A stretch of 64,000 nucleotides of DNA from Octopus vulgaris (taxonomy: Eukaryota): contig OX597815.1 in NCBI GenBank assembly GCA_951406725.2, forward strand, positions 111,290,001 through 111,354,000, in the 5' to 3' direction. Positions 1-14,109 of this stretch are shown one piece after another. Every line of letters starts with the position of its first letter. Positions within the stretch are counted from its first letter, which is position 1. A program made the position numbers and the translations under genes. Below the pieces are notes generated by a model that saw only the letters and a program-made list of their open reading frames with translations, was not told the DNA's origin and did no database searches.

Positions 1-1399
1 TGTCAATCGCTGGCAAAACAGGTAATTTACGATTAAAAAATCCAATAAAAGAATATAAACAATATAGAATCTATAATTGAAACACAATGGGATTCTCACA
101 GATGAACATAATAGGTAATTTGACTTTGAGGACCGAGGGAGAGGGAAATTTCGCTCTAACATACAATTAGCTAGATAGATCATTGATTGATTGATTGATT
201 GATATAGATGGAGATATAGTTATAGGTGGACATGCTTTAAACAAACATACACATTGTATATATGAGTATACTTATTATGCACTATATTTACATTGCAAGG
301 CATAGCATGCCCAATTCCATACATGATATATTGAAACGTTTTAAATATTTCGAGGAATTGAACTTGAATTTCACGGAAATTCATTTCAAAATAATCTTTG
401 TCACATTTAACAAACATAGAATATACCAATTCTGTATCATTTCATGAATCTATTAATTCGCTGCATTAGCAGTACGTTAATAGATCAATAGAATGATACA
501 GAAAGAGTGATACGAGTGTCGTGTGTCATTAGAAAAAAAAATCTATCATCCCTATCTATATTGTGAATATTACTAGAATACTATTAAATATAAACGAGAT
601 AAAACGCATATAATCTTAGAACTCTAATTAGATATGGATCCTACTACACTACTTTCGGGAGTAATTGAAGAATTCTATCACGAAAGGCGTCACAGAGTCT
701 AACATCTGTTCTTTTGTGAGTTTATGCAGTGCTAGTTTTATTAAGAAAACACGCGCAGTATTGGATATAGGCAGCACAATACCTGATGGAATCAGAATAA
801 CACACCAACAATATTTTTCTGCTGCAACACTGCGTCACCAATTAATTTCATAAGATACTGGAACGATATATTAAGATATGATATATGATATATTACATAA
901 ATTGATTGAATTTTCTTTTGTCCTAGAAGTAGCTGGAGAAGTGCATAGAGTGTACTGCAGTGATAAAATTACTGAAAGAAAATGAATCGTGATCATTTCT
1001 GATAAGCATAATTTAAGCAGAGGGTAGATATTCTGCGAAGGAAATATATAGCTTGCATGTAAGTGAAATACACATTTGAATAATATGATACTTTTATTTC
1101 ACTTTAGAAAGGAAATTTTAATCAAGGTTTTCCTTTTAAAATATATGCTGTGCGAATATATTAGTATTATGCACTCTCACGCTAAGAACTTATTTATGGA
1201 AAGCAAAGATGAGCAAAGTTATTCAGCAGCACTTTTGCTGAGAGAAACTGATTTCGGTTGAGAAAATGGCAGAATTGCTGAGCCTCTACTCGGGGTACAA
1301 GACACCAGGACTGCTTGGTCGGCCCTATGAGCTCTATTTCCACATGCATGATTTCTTTGCTCGTGTTTTGACAGCCGTCTACAGCAGGTGACAACAGAT

Positions 1400-1965
1400 T
1401 GGTGGCAGAAACGTTAGTACCCCGGGTGAAATGCTTACCGGTATTTCGTCTGCCGCTACGTTCTGAGTTCAAATTCTGCCAAGGTCGACTTTGCCTTTCA
1501 TCCTTTCGGGGTCGATTAAATTCGGACCAGTTACGCACTGCGTCGATATAATCGACTTAATACGTTTGTCTGTCCTTGTTTTCCTCTCTGTGTTTAGCCC
1601 CTTCTGGGTAGTAAAGAAGTAGGTATTCCATCTGTCTTTGCGTTCTGAGTTCAAATTCCACTAAGGTCAACTTTGCTTTCATTATTTCAGGGTCGATAAA
1701 TTAAGTACCAGTTGCGTACTTGGGTTGATCTAATCGACTGGCGCCCTCTCCCAAGATTTCAGGCTTTGTGCCTAGAGTAGAAAAGAATCGTTAGCACGCC
1801 GGGCGAATGCTTAGCTCTATTTCGTCTGTCTTCAAATTCCGCCGGGATCGACTTTGCCTTTCATCTATAAGGGGTCGATAAATTAAGTACCAGTTACGCA
1901 GTAGGGTCTATGTAATCGACTGCTCCCTCCTCTAGAATCTTAGGCCTTGCGCCTATAATAGAAAA
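1400..1965 (+). mobile_element. Tandem trimer of tRNA-derived SINE family A
   Basis: Three successive copies (about 1400-1625, 1622-1787, 1787-1965). Each has all or part of TGGCAGAA.CGTTAG (A-box-like) and GAGTTCAAATTCC (B-box-like) and the conserved core GTCGACTTTGCCTTTCATCCTTTCGGGGTCGATAAATTAAGTACCAG. The same core recurs at about 7000, 18010, 26700, 32000 and 63870. Confidence 0.85.
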
Positions 1966-2809
<844 letters not shown>

Positions 2810-2810
<1 letters not shown>

Positions 2811-5739
2811 TATGTTTGACTTTTGTTTTATGTCTGTACAAGTTGGCTCCAAGTCTCACCCAGAGACCTCAAGAGACAACAGGTTGGAAGTTCTGTGCCA
2901 TATATTTGGTTTTTTTTTTTGGTGTTGTACTAGTGAATGTCTAATACATAAAAAAAGGGGAAAAAAATAAAAAAAAAAACGTTCGTTTTAAACCTTGGGA
3001 TTACATAGGGAGTATTTTGCGTAGAATATGAGCAGTTCCCATGAGCACTATCTTTTGAATTTCTGCCATTTTGGGGTTTCCTGGTATCTGAGTTAGGTAG
3101 CAATTAGTCCCTTTCGCTATCATTCCCAGGGCACCTATGACAACAGGTATTGTTTTAGTTTTCAGCTTCCACATTTTGCTGATTTCTATTTCAAGATCTT
3201 TATATTTGCTCAGTTTTTGGTAGGTCTTGACAGATACATTTATATCGATTGGGACAGTCATATCAATGAGGAGGCATATTCTTTGTCTGAAGTCTTTCAA
3301 TATGATGTCTGGCCTATTTGCATCTATTTTCCGGTCAGTTTGATAGTTTTTTTCATGGGGCAAATCCAGGTTTTTGCAAATTACCCAGTGAATATATTGT
3401 GCAGCTCTATCATGCCTGTTGAGGTACTCTGTAGGCGCTAGAAGACTGCATTTGGGAACAACATGATCAATGGTTTCTGTTGTCGGCATACACGACATGT
3501 TGGGCTACTGCCGCTCTTTAATATGTTGGCCTGGTAGTTTCTTGTTGGTAGGCATTGATCTTGAGCTGCTATGATAAACCCCTCTGTTTCAGATTTTAAG
3601 CTAGAGGCCATTAGCCATTGATGGGTCAGGGCTTTGTCAATATCTGCATTATTCGCTCTCTTTGGGTATTTGCCATAGAGAGGTTTTTCTTGCCATTTAT
3701 TATTCAGAATATCTAAGGCCGCAGTTTTGGCACGGGTTTTCATGCGCCTAGCTTTTTCTGTGCTTGTTTCTTGTCTATCTCTAATTCCGAAATTGGTTGT
3801 ATTCGGAATTCACTTAGATATTCCTTTGCCTGTTTTCAATCTTTGCGATATTACTGCAGCAAATAGTAGGGATACAGGTTATAGGTCTGTAGTTTTGTGG
3901 TTTTGCAGTTTCATTGGATTTGGGAATTAGGATGGTTTTCGCTCTCGTGAGCCATTCAGGCATTGTCTCTGGTTCTGCCAGTATGTCGTTAAAGTTTTCA
4001 GCCAGCGTTTTGTGTATTCCTGTCAGATATTTTAACCAGAAGTTGGGGATCTCGTGCCAATGTGTCTTCTATTAGTTCGTCTTTGCAGTGCCTGGGTGAT
4101 CTCTTCAGTTGTTACACGGGTGTAGAGTTGCTCAGGTGCAAAGTTTGTTGTTTTAAAATTCATTTTCTGCGGTTGTTCATTCGCTGACCATATTTCTTTC
4201 CAAAATTCCCCCACTTCTTCTGTCGTTGGTGCTGCAGTGATGTCTATTTTATTTTTGCCGAGTTCTTGGTAGGACTTTTTGGGGTTGGAGTTGGACTATT
4301 TGTATTGTTCAAAGAAACGTTGGCGTTTATCATACCGGCGGATCCTTTGTGCTTTGGCAAGGATATCTTGCTTTAGCTTTTCTTTTATCTCAGGTAAATC
4401 TTTTCTGTGATGTTGTATTTGCACAATATTTTTGTTTTCTTCTTGTTGCTTAGTAGTGTTGATTTTCTACTAATTTCGTTAAGAATCGATAGGTCTTTTC
4501 TTTTTTTTCATTGGATGTTATTTATCCACAGTATTTGTTTGGGTGGTCGTACTCCTGTTTGGATGGGTTTGATGGAGTATCCAGATTCTTTTGTGGCTGC
4601 AGTGGCTGATGCATATATTATGTCATTTAGTTCAGAGATATTGCTATTTGTTTCAGTGGCTATCAGTTCTGTGAGAGTCAGGTTCATGCTATTTATTATT
4701 GATTTTGTTTTATTGTCTATTTTGATTTTTGGGAGGTATGGTCGGTGGTCCATTCTGAGATCTGTAGTTTTCAGTTCTTTGATTATTCTCATTTTTATAG
4801 TATCATAATCATTAGGTTCCCCTTCGTTGTTTCCACGTTTTAGATTTGTTTCGCTTTCCTTCTCATTCATATGTTTGTCTGTGGTACTCTGGTTTGGCAC
4901 TTTTTGTACATTATTATGCATCCCTACGGTCTAGGTTTGTTGTTTTTTGTTTACGTCGTTTCTGTTGGAAATGTTACGTCTGTCTTCGTGTTTTACTGTC
5001 TCAATGTTTATATTATTTGGCATTGTTGTGGCTTCTATCTACATTTTCCTGATGTATTTTTCCTTTTAAATGTTCTATTTCTATTTCTGATATTTTTTGC
5101 GTTGAGCTAGTTTATTAGGCTTCATTGCTGCATCCAAATCTTTGTTCATTATGTTATTTATTATGTTATTTTCTTTCCATATTTTATATGTATATGTTGT
5201 TGTGTCTTCGTTCTTTGGATAGAGCACTGCTGTATAGTAAACGTGTAGGATTGAAATATATTCCTCACGTGTCCATTTATGCCTTTTTGGTTTTATTTAC
5301 GGGACATGAGGAACAACGTCCGGCCCTTTGTTTTGACGGTCATCAATTTCGTAGGGTACCGGTCCGTTCATTTCTGTTGTCACATTGTTTTGCACGTGTA
5401 GTTTTTCGTACTTTTTGTGTAACAAGTTTAAAGTACGCACTTCCCGATTGTTATTCTTGGGTTGAAAAATACAGGTATTATTTAATTTATTTGTATTTTT
5501 TGTACATGAAGTTTGGGGCCGGAGATAATCTGGTGTTGATGGACCGTAATGTATCAAGGATGTTTACATGAGCTGTGCGAACAGTGGAGATGATATCCAG
5601 TTATAAAACATGATTTCAGTTGGAAAATAGTAGTAACATTCAATGAGTATTACTTACTCAGATATAGTCCAACCGTTTGTCAGCTATTTTTTGAATCCTT
5701 GCGATGTCTTTATTTCCGATGCTTTTGGATAGATTTCGG

Positions 5740-5741
<2 letters not shown>
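2810..5741 (-). mobile_element. R4/Dong-type RLE non-LTR retrotransposon, both ends apparently present, RT core deleted
   Basis: Minus-strand fragments give an N-terminal region, FWKEIWS, WLTRAKTILIPKS..NYRPITC (RT domain 1), KWQEKPLYG, ETEGFIIAAQDQ, a CCHC knuckle (CRVC..ETIDHVV..C), RHD, RPDII..LIDMTVP..KLSKYKDL (RLE) and IPVVIGALG. Flanked by (TAA)n on both sides, the known Dong target. Confidence 0.88.
3001..3743 (-). pseudogene. Frameshifted C-terminal zinc knuckle plus restriction-like endonuclease (RLE) of the Dong-type element
   Basis: ORFs 3438-3743 and 3001-3498 overlap in different frames at the CCHC motif; the PD..D..K RLE motif is present. Confidence 0.88.
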
Positions 5742-5916
<175 letters not shown>

Positions 5917-6929
5917 ATGCCAAAGTTTAGATAAAAACAAACTTCAGAAACTATCTAAAATGCAGAATAAAATCTACATTTACCAGGTATATACAATGTT
6001 ATTGTTTGTAAGGAGGTATTTTCTCTCATTTCTGAATCTTAAGTATTCGATGACATTGTTTGAGAAATTTTGTTACATCATCTATAAGTCAAATTCTGGA
6101 TTTACTATAAGCCTAACAGAAATGGAGTGAATAAATTCATTCATAAATTTTAAAATCATTGTAGTTAGATTTTAAGGTAAAATGTGTGCAATGAAAGAAG
6201 ACTTTTCAGAGGAATAGGCGAAATATGAATAGCATAATTCTTTTCTTTTAAGTGGAACTTAAATATTGTGACTGATATCCGATATAAAGTTATATACACA
6301 ATGTATTTGTGAAAGAGAAGCATGTAAGTCCAGGATATTTAGTATATTCCTACTGAATATTTTCGACAGCGATTGAATTAAGTAGAATACAATTATTTGA
6401 AATATGTAGCAGGAACAATCTTAAACCTGATAGCACCGTGTAGTTGAATGTTAGGTTAGTATTGACGCTTTATCAACAGAAAATACAATACAAATACAAT
6501 AGACATGTTGCTAGGATGTAGCAGAATGAGAGTTTATATTTGGACTGATGGCAGTAAACACGAATTGATATTAAGATTCAATCAATCCTGTTGATATACG
6601 CTGGGAGAGCAAACAAAACCATATAAGTATGAAAATTATAGCTTCTTATAACCGATACAGTAAAAGTTACGACACAAGCAATCGGCGCAAACATAAAACT
6701 ACCCGGAAACATCTGCATTATATGACAACGAGCATTGAATGTTGGATTTCCAACCCATTTATCAAATATTGACGACTACATGGCATTAATTGTGCTGCTG
6801 TGAGTACAGTGAGAATTCAACGAAAAGTAGAATTATATGCAAGGTTTGAAATGAACGAAAACCTTAAGAGGAAAATAAAGATACTTACTTTAAAGAAGTA
6901 CTGTAGATGTTGTTTATATTGGTTACAAA

Positions 6930-7130
6930 TTTTGAGACAAGGCCGGCAATATCTGGAGAGGGGATAAGTCGATTACATTGATCCTAGTGCTCACCTGTAC
7001 TTATTTTATCGATTCTAAAAGAACGAAAGGCAAAGTCAACCTCGGCGGAATTTCAACTGAGAATGTAAAGACGAAATGCCGTTAAGCATTTTGTTCGCCG
7101 TGGTAACGATTCTGCCAGATCGCTGCCTTC
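6930..7130 (-). mobile_element. SINE family A (diverged)
   Basis: Reverse complement of the core: GAAAGGCAAAGTCAACCTCGGCGGAATTT...AACGATTCTGCCAG. Confidence 0.8.
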
Positions 7131-8285
7131 CAGGTTGTATATACGAACATTAACTTCGATTAAGCAAATGTGTAATCAATGGCAATCTAGTCATCTTGAT
7201 ATGTATATTCGGTGTGATCAATATTCATAAACAGTGCAATGTAAAGGGAATGTGAGCCCTTGTTTTAGTAGGTAAAGTGACAACATTCAAGTTAATTTAG
7301 TACTTTGAGCTCCTTTGAGGGCCAAAATTAAAATTTTGCTTGAACACTACTCCGAAGTATCTTAGATGGTTGATGTTTTTTGAGCGTCAATGACAAAAAC
7401 AAATTCAGTTATAAATATACCTAATATCTAGTCTCAGCTGGTGGCGTCTGAAACCTATCTGTAGTGGTGTAACGAGACACGAATCAGAATCTTATTTCAT
7501 CGAAATATAAGGTTATTTAAGATATTTCTTTAAATGTTCCACACGCGAGGCGCATGATCTTCAAGAAAATATATAACAATAAAGTGTAGTAAATTCAAAC
7601 ACATAAATACACACATACATGTTTTGTTCTTGCGCGTGTGTAAATAGTCATGCGTGTATCTACACACACACACACACACAGACACACACACGCACACACG
7701 AACACACACACACATACATACATAATACACACATATATATATATATGTGTCCAGGGCAGTTTATAAATTAGATTGAATGGCAAATATTTAGTATTTAGGT
7801 TACAATGTGAATGACCGTTCGAGTATTGTAGTAGCAACCCAGTTTTGAATGTTGTACTGAGTATATGTAGATAAACATAAGAAACCGACTGATTATAAGT
7901 AAATAGATTATAAACGATGAATAACACACGCAGAGGCACGCATGCAAACACACACACACACACACAAACACATACACACACATAAATATAGCGTACGTCA
8001 ATTAAATTTTCAAGCATCAATTCATTTTCCCATGGGAGTCATATGATTGTAACTTCCCGTGTCAGTTTCCACAAAGAATGTCATATGGTTATTTAACCCT
8101 GATTTAATTTAATTTTTTTATGTGCCTAATTCTCACCAATATTCACACCAACAGCTGATCAGCTCTTGTGGTTTTACCTAAAACGTATTTTCCACACGAT
8201 TGAAGACGAGCACAGCTTTGGACATAAACGATGGCGGCTTCATTTGGAACTATATACCTACATACATAGACATGTTACAGACAAA

Positions 8286-8291
8286 TAGATG

Positions 8292-8374
<83 letters not shown>

Positions 8375-8389
8375 GGATAGATAGATAGA
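8286..8389. repeat. (GATA)n microsatellite
   Basis: Seen directly. Confidence 0.97.
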
Positions 8390-9415
8390 TTAATTGAGAG
8401 TTATGGCAGAAGAGAACTAAATATTGATACTCAAGTCTAAGTATTTGCATTAGCAACGTTATATAGGATTGAATTGTTGAAGTATGACAAACCAGACATT
8501 CATTACCGTTTGTTCGCTAGCTTGATACGCAGTGTTCCGTGTTGTAACTGGCAAAGCATCTGCTTAATAGTAGACAGCTTAATTGTCATATATTTTTATC
8601 TTAATTAAAAATTCGGTTCAAAATAAAATTTCAGCACAATTTATGTAAATGGTATTACTTCGTTACTAATATAAATGTGTTAACCCAAAGTTCTGTTCAT
8701 CGTAGCAATATAATGCTTCAATTTTCGTCTTAACAGGCTCTGACAATGTATGTTATAATATTTAGGTGCAAGTGAATAGCAGAAAGCGTGGTCCAAATTT
8801 TGCTTAGTTAAAATTTATGAGAAGTTTTCTTGGTTCTGTAGTCCCTAGATAAATCGTGGGATGGAGTTACAAGATGTCACAAATTCAGCGTTGAGAGTAT
8901 TTCAAGATCATCGACAGTGAATAGAACAAGAGTTTTTAAGGGTCACAACTATGAAGTGAGTCATTTACTACGCCGTGAAAATCTTTCCACCAAAGAAAAT
9001 CATAGTCTCGTAAATTTCCCCCAAGGTACCACGAAAGATATCTCTCTGTTGAGTGCATTCGGCATTTTGGAGACAGTGGCCTATTGGATTCATAGGAGAT
9101 GATATTTCTCCTCAATGCTAGTATTATTCGCGACATTAACATATTCTTATAATATCCTTATGCTATTGGGTATTTAAAAAAAGTCATTATTTTGTTGTGT
9201 TACAGTTATGCCCAGAGGAGAGATTTGTAAAAGCTTTTACACGACCAAATTATATTCACCTATTTATTACTTTTATCATGCAGATCAAAAGGATTTCGGA
9301 TGTTTTCAGTTTCTTTTCTTCATGTACATAAATTTAAAGCAAAATTTTTCGATAAATAATCTTAATGAAAGAAAATCGGAAGTAAAATTCAGTCACCTCT
9401 GCTTCATTCTCTATG

Positions 9416-9486
<71 letters not shown>

Positions 9487-9534
9487 TTTATATTTTATAT
9501 TTGTATTTTATATTTTCTTTTTGTAACATATTTC

Positions 9535-9596
<62 letters not shown>

Positions 9597-9670
9597 GGGA
9601 ATGTAATTCCAAAACTTACAGGGAAAGATTCAATTTAACCACTTTAAATCAAATTTCACAATATATGATA

Positions 9671-9935
9671 TATGTATATAATTTTGAGAAAAAAACTATT
9701 AAATAATTCAAAAATGAAAGATGTTATTCACACCATATAGAAAATATATACTGTGAAAACCTTATTCTAAAAATCAATAAAGTACAATAAATAGTAAATA
9801 CTACTATTTAATAGTTTATTGTACTTTATTTATGTTTAGAATAAGGTTTTTATAGTATATGCTTGCTTTCTATATGGTGTGAATAACATCTTTTATTTTT
9901 GAATTATTTAATAGAGGTTTCCTTCTCGAAATTAT

Positions 9936-9942
<7 letters not shown>
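9671..9942. repeat. Long imperfect palindrome (arms about 120 bp) between (TA)n tracts
   Basis: 9671-9791 is the reverse complement of about 9815-9942, e.g. AAAGATGTTATTCACACCATATAGAAA versus TTTCTATATGGTGTGAATAACATCTTT. Confidence 0.9.
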
Positions 9943-9980
<38 letters not shown>

Positions 9981-10172
9981 ATATATATATATATGTATAT
10001 ATATATTTAAAATTAAGGATAAAAGCTTTATAAGAAATTATCAGTAGTTAGCGTGAAAAACCTCGTAAGAGAAAAAATCTGTAAATTTTTCCACTTTGAA
10101 AATATTTATTTATATTATATAGAGGGTACTATTATTCATAATGTTGTGTTTTTTCTTATATGTCTTGAGTTC

Positions 10173-10236
10173 GTTGCACTGAAGAGCATAAAATGCATAA
10201 TCTGCATTGATTGCGAAATCACAGGTGGTATGTAAC
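10173..10236 (+). ncRNA. Type I hammerhead ribozyme motif (copy 1)
   Basis: Stem I GTTGCA/TGTAAC, core CTGAAGA, stem II GCA..TGC extended by ATGCA/TGCAT, GAAA, stem III TCAC/GTGG, cleavage triplet GUA ending at 10230. Confidence 0.8.
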
Positions 10237-10668
10237 TAAATTCTGTTTCAAAATTACTTGCTTTGAAGTTTTGCATTCGGTACAATTTGTTTATTTTAGT
10301 AGTTTTGACTGCAAGAGGCCCTCCTAGCGTGCGGTACCTATGAATAATAGTAACCCTCTATATAATATAAATAAATATTTTCAAAGTGGAAAAGTTTACA
10401 GATTTTTTTCTCTTACGAGGTTTTTCACGCTAACTACTGATAATTTCTTATAAAGATTTTATCCTTAATTTTAAATTTATATTTTTCACCGGAATAGTTC
10501 AATACTGAATTTTTGTTCCGAGTAGGCAAGTTGTTACCGAAATGCATTGCGAAAAAGACCGCCATTTTAATAGATATGTAAAGATAAACATTCGTACATG
10601 CTGCGGCGAATTCTACGGTTGGCTGTCGGGTTTGTAATGTTTTGTTTTGTCTTATATGTCTTGAGTTC

Positions 10669-10732
10669 GTTGCACTGAAGAGCATAAAATGCATATTCTG
10701 CATTGATTGCGAAATCACAGGTGATATGTAAC
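10669..10732 (+). ncRNA. Type I hammerhead ribozyme motif (copy 2)
   Basis: Same fold as copy 1; stem III TCAC/GTGA, triplet AUA ending at 10726, 496 nt downstream of the copy 1 site. Confidence 0.8.
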
Positions 10733-10851
10733 TAAATTCTGTTTCTAAATGACTTGCTTTGAAGTTTTGCATTGGTACAATTTGTTTATTTTAGTAGTTT
10801 TGACTGCAAAAGTCCCTCCTAGCGTGCGGTACCTATGAATAATAGTACCCT

Positions 10852-10887
<36 letters not shown>

Positions 10888-11315
10888 TATACATGTCGTT
10901 GGTATTATGTTAAACCGTCGTATGTCCAAATTTGGCAAAGTGTGTTTTTTTTAAATTTTATTTTGTCTTGTAATAGCGGTTCTTTTGGTCAACTATTGTA
11001 TCTCCAGCTGCTTCAGGTACCAAGATATGAAAATTGTCAAAGTGTAGTACAACAGGTTTTGCGATGGAATGGTGAAACTATTATTTTCTTTTCTGAAAAA
11101 AAAACCCCAACGTTTTGGACCTACGATACTTTTGCACAATATCAATTTTATACAGTGGCAAAAGCCTTGTAGAATGCTATGCAAATCTCGTGAACATTCA
11201 TTGGCTACATGATGTCATCATACAGTGATAGTGTTCCTGCTATGTAACACATAGTATGTGTAGTGTTCATATAATCATATAAATGATAGAATATGCAATG
11301 AATGTCATTATTTGT

Positions 11316-11544
11316 TTAACATTTTAAGTATTTAAACCGGGCATTTCAGGCCAAAATTGTCTTGCTGTTTTATGCTCAAAGCAGCCAGCTCGGACCTCTC
11401 ACACCTACCCTACAAAGTCATTCTAAAAATAAACAGGGACTTCAGCAAAATCTCAGAGTTACAAGATGCTGTATAATTGATTTAAAACAATGTAATTAAA
11501 CAGGCTTTACATTTGACAGAGTAATCTGAATGCTAAAGTGTTAA
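11316..11544. mobile_element. Probable TTAA-targeting (piggyBac-like) MITE
   Basis: TTAA at both ends; imperfect TIRs TTAACATTTTAAGTATT and AATGCTAAAGTGTTAA. Confidence 0.5.
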
Positions 11545-11840
11545 AGTAGCATCTTCGTCACCTTATCTCTAAATACTTCACTTTATTCTCCATTTTATTC
11601 TTCATTTTATTATGCTGATGCTTAAGATAGAACGATAATTTATAGACAAACTGAAATTTTCCCTATGTTTTATCTGCTTCTATATTTATGCTTTGTATAT
11701 TTTGATTTTTTTGTTTGTCACTATATCTGTAAACTACTAAAAATGACACATCATTTTATCTATGCATTTTCCCACAGAGTGAGATGGCGAGAGGATATCA
11801 CCCGAGGAAGCGCATTTTATATTTGGATGTATAATAATAA

Positions 11841-13099
11841 CTAGCAGTTAAGCCCGGTTTCACTCGGTCTGTTTGGATGATGTGGGTGTGATCGTTTTCG
11901 GTTAGGTATAATCTATAACAGCGTTTCTCAACCTTATCTGTCAGAAAATAGCTTCAGGAGTTGTACGTAGTCTGTTTTTGTGAGCTATTGTATTGGACTT
12001 CTGTCTAATCATTAAAACATTTATTTAATTATGAACATATAAAGAAATCATACATTAATCCCTATTTTTGTAAGCAGTTGTATCCATAAAAATGTATTTG
12101 CAGAAGGCAGAATTTGAAAGAAGGTATGTGAAATGGACGTGATTGTGTGAAATGGACGTGTGTGTGTGTATGTGTGTGCGTGCGTGCGTGCTTCTGCGTG
12201 TGTATGTGAGAGAGAAAAAGGGTGAGAAAGAGAGATTCAGTGAGTGAGTGAAGGTGTGTGTCATTGAGTTACGTTGGCTTGCACGGCGACTGGGGTGATT
12301 TGAAAGATGTGAAGAAATGCCGTCTTTTCATCGGTACTCATCTTTGCATGCAACTTTTCTCGTTTTCCTTTCTGATGCACAAATGTATAGACTTTGTGTC
12401 CTGCCAACACTGGAGCATCCAAGGTAAAGTTGCCCGTGGAAGAACACTTGCCCTGTGAGATTTAAACCAACAATTTGCAATGATTGACCCTCTGCCATAT
12501 TTATTGTCATTACAAAGGAGAGTTTGATAGGAAATTGAAGCCGCTTAAACATGTAGATCGTATCAGAGGGAGTGAGGACATTTGAGTTATAAGAACATCT
12601 TGACCAGCGGCCGGTCCATTCAATTCTATTGGACCTCTGTCTAATCGCGTCTTTTAAGGTACACACACATACATAGAAAATTTGAGGTCATGGTAGAAAA
12701 TCTTGACGATGGTTGATTTATGGAAAAGATTTAAAAGAAAATGAGGGCAAAAAGCACTCGGTTTTTTCACAATGAAAAATCGTTTCCTAGTAGTCGGAAT
12801 TTCGCAACAAAATGCATGTCTATTAAGCACAACAGCCTGCAGTGCATGCCGCTGGATATTACAAGCCAATCGCACAAACCGAGAGGGACCCCTTGAATCG
12901 ATAAAAAAATCACTCTTTTTCCCATAGCAACGACATCTTTATAGTTTGCGAATTTTAAACATCGCGGGTCTCATTCTCATTACGCATTTAGTATCCCTGC
13001 CAACTTTCAGCTCGATCCTAGCCTCGGCTTAGCCGCCATTAACCGTCAAAGCAAAATGTGCATACAATTTTCGTCCGAGGACTGATTTATAGATATAGA
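11841..13099 (-). mobile_element. Non-autonomous Helitron carrying the PIF1-helicase C-terminus
   Basis: Minus strand reads A|TCTATATCTATAAA...CCGAGTGAAACCGGG hairpin...CTAG|T (5' TC, 3' CTAG, AT target). ORF 12328-12666 gives FKRLQFPIKLSFVMTINMAEGQSL..VGLNL..VFFHGQLYLGCS, matching PIF1 motifs V and VI. Confidence 0.9.
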
Positions 13100-13682
13100 T
13101 TACACATCTAATAATGCTTAACGGTTGAAAGGCAAGCCTTTGTGTTAGAAAAGGACACAGGTAATAATCGTGTGAAGATTATGCTGTTGGGCATTTAAAA
13201 AAATCCCTATTTTGGTGTGATACAGTTATGCCCAGAGGAGAGATTTGTAAAAGTTTTTACACGGCCAAATTATATTCAACTATTTATTACTTTTAATCGG
13301 AAGAAGTAAAGTTTAGTCACATAGGGTAATATAATGCACACATACACTCGCACATACGCACCAGAGTAGGAACAGTTGCAGTGATGTTTAAATAATGTCG
13401 TTTCTTGTCGCAATGAGTTAGCAAAGTGTAACTCCGAAAGCAATGCTTTACCAAGATAATGATGCCCGTGCCTAAATCGTATTATCGCTACTGACTTCAA
13501 AGAGGTGTACTTCTTTTTCTTAAACATAAATCACTTATGTTATATGCAGGAAGGAAACGATATTTGTGATAATGAGATGCAGCAACGACATTAGCTGTTT
13601 CTTTATCAAATCCCAAATTAGTAAAGTTTACCTTTCACGTTCTGCGTCACTATTGTTTCTCTTTACTTACCGCTGTATATAT

Positions 13683-13973
<291 letters not shown>

Positions 13974-14109
13974 GTGGAAATGTGTCAGAAAGTATAGATT
14001 TATTCACTATGCATGCAATACTTCTTATGTACATATAAAATAAACGTGCTTTAAGATATTTGTTTCTTAAAGCTTGGTAACCACATATTTAATAGGAGAA
14101 ATTGAATTC

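Larger units (their letters stand above)
10003..10858 (+). mobile_element. Penelope-type pseudo-LTR / retrozyme-like structure: inverted partial copy plus direct repeat, each direct copy with a hammerhead
   Basis: 10003-10140 is inverted relative to about 10340-10482. 10140-10365 is directly repeated at 10636-10856. Flanked by (TA)n. Confidence 0.75.

Noticed and set aside
927-1058. Exon-like segment between TTTTCTTTTGTCCTAG and GTAAGT
   Set aside because: Stop codons in all three frames; at best a non-coding exon, unsupported.
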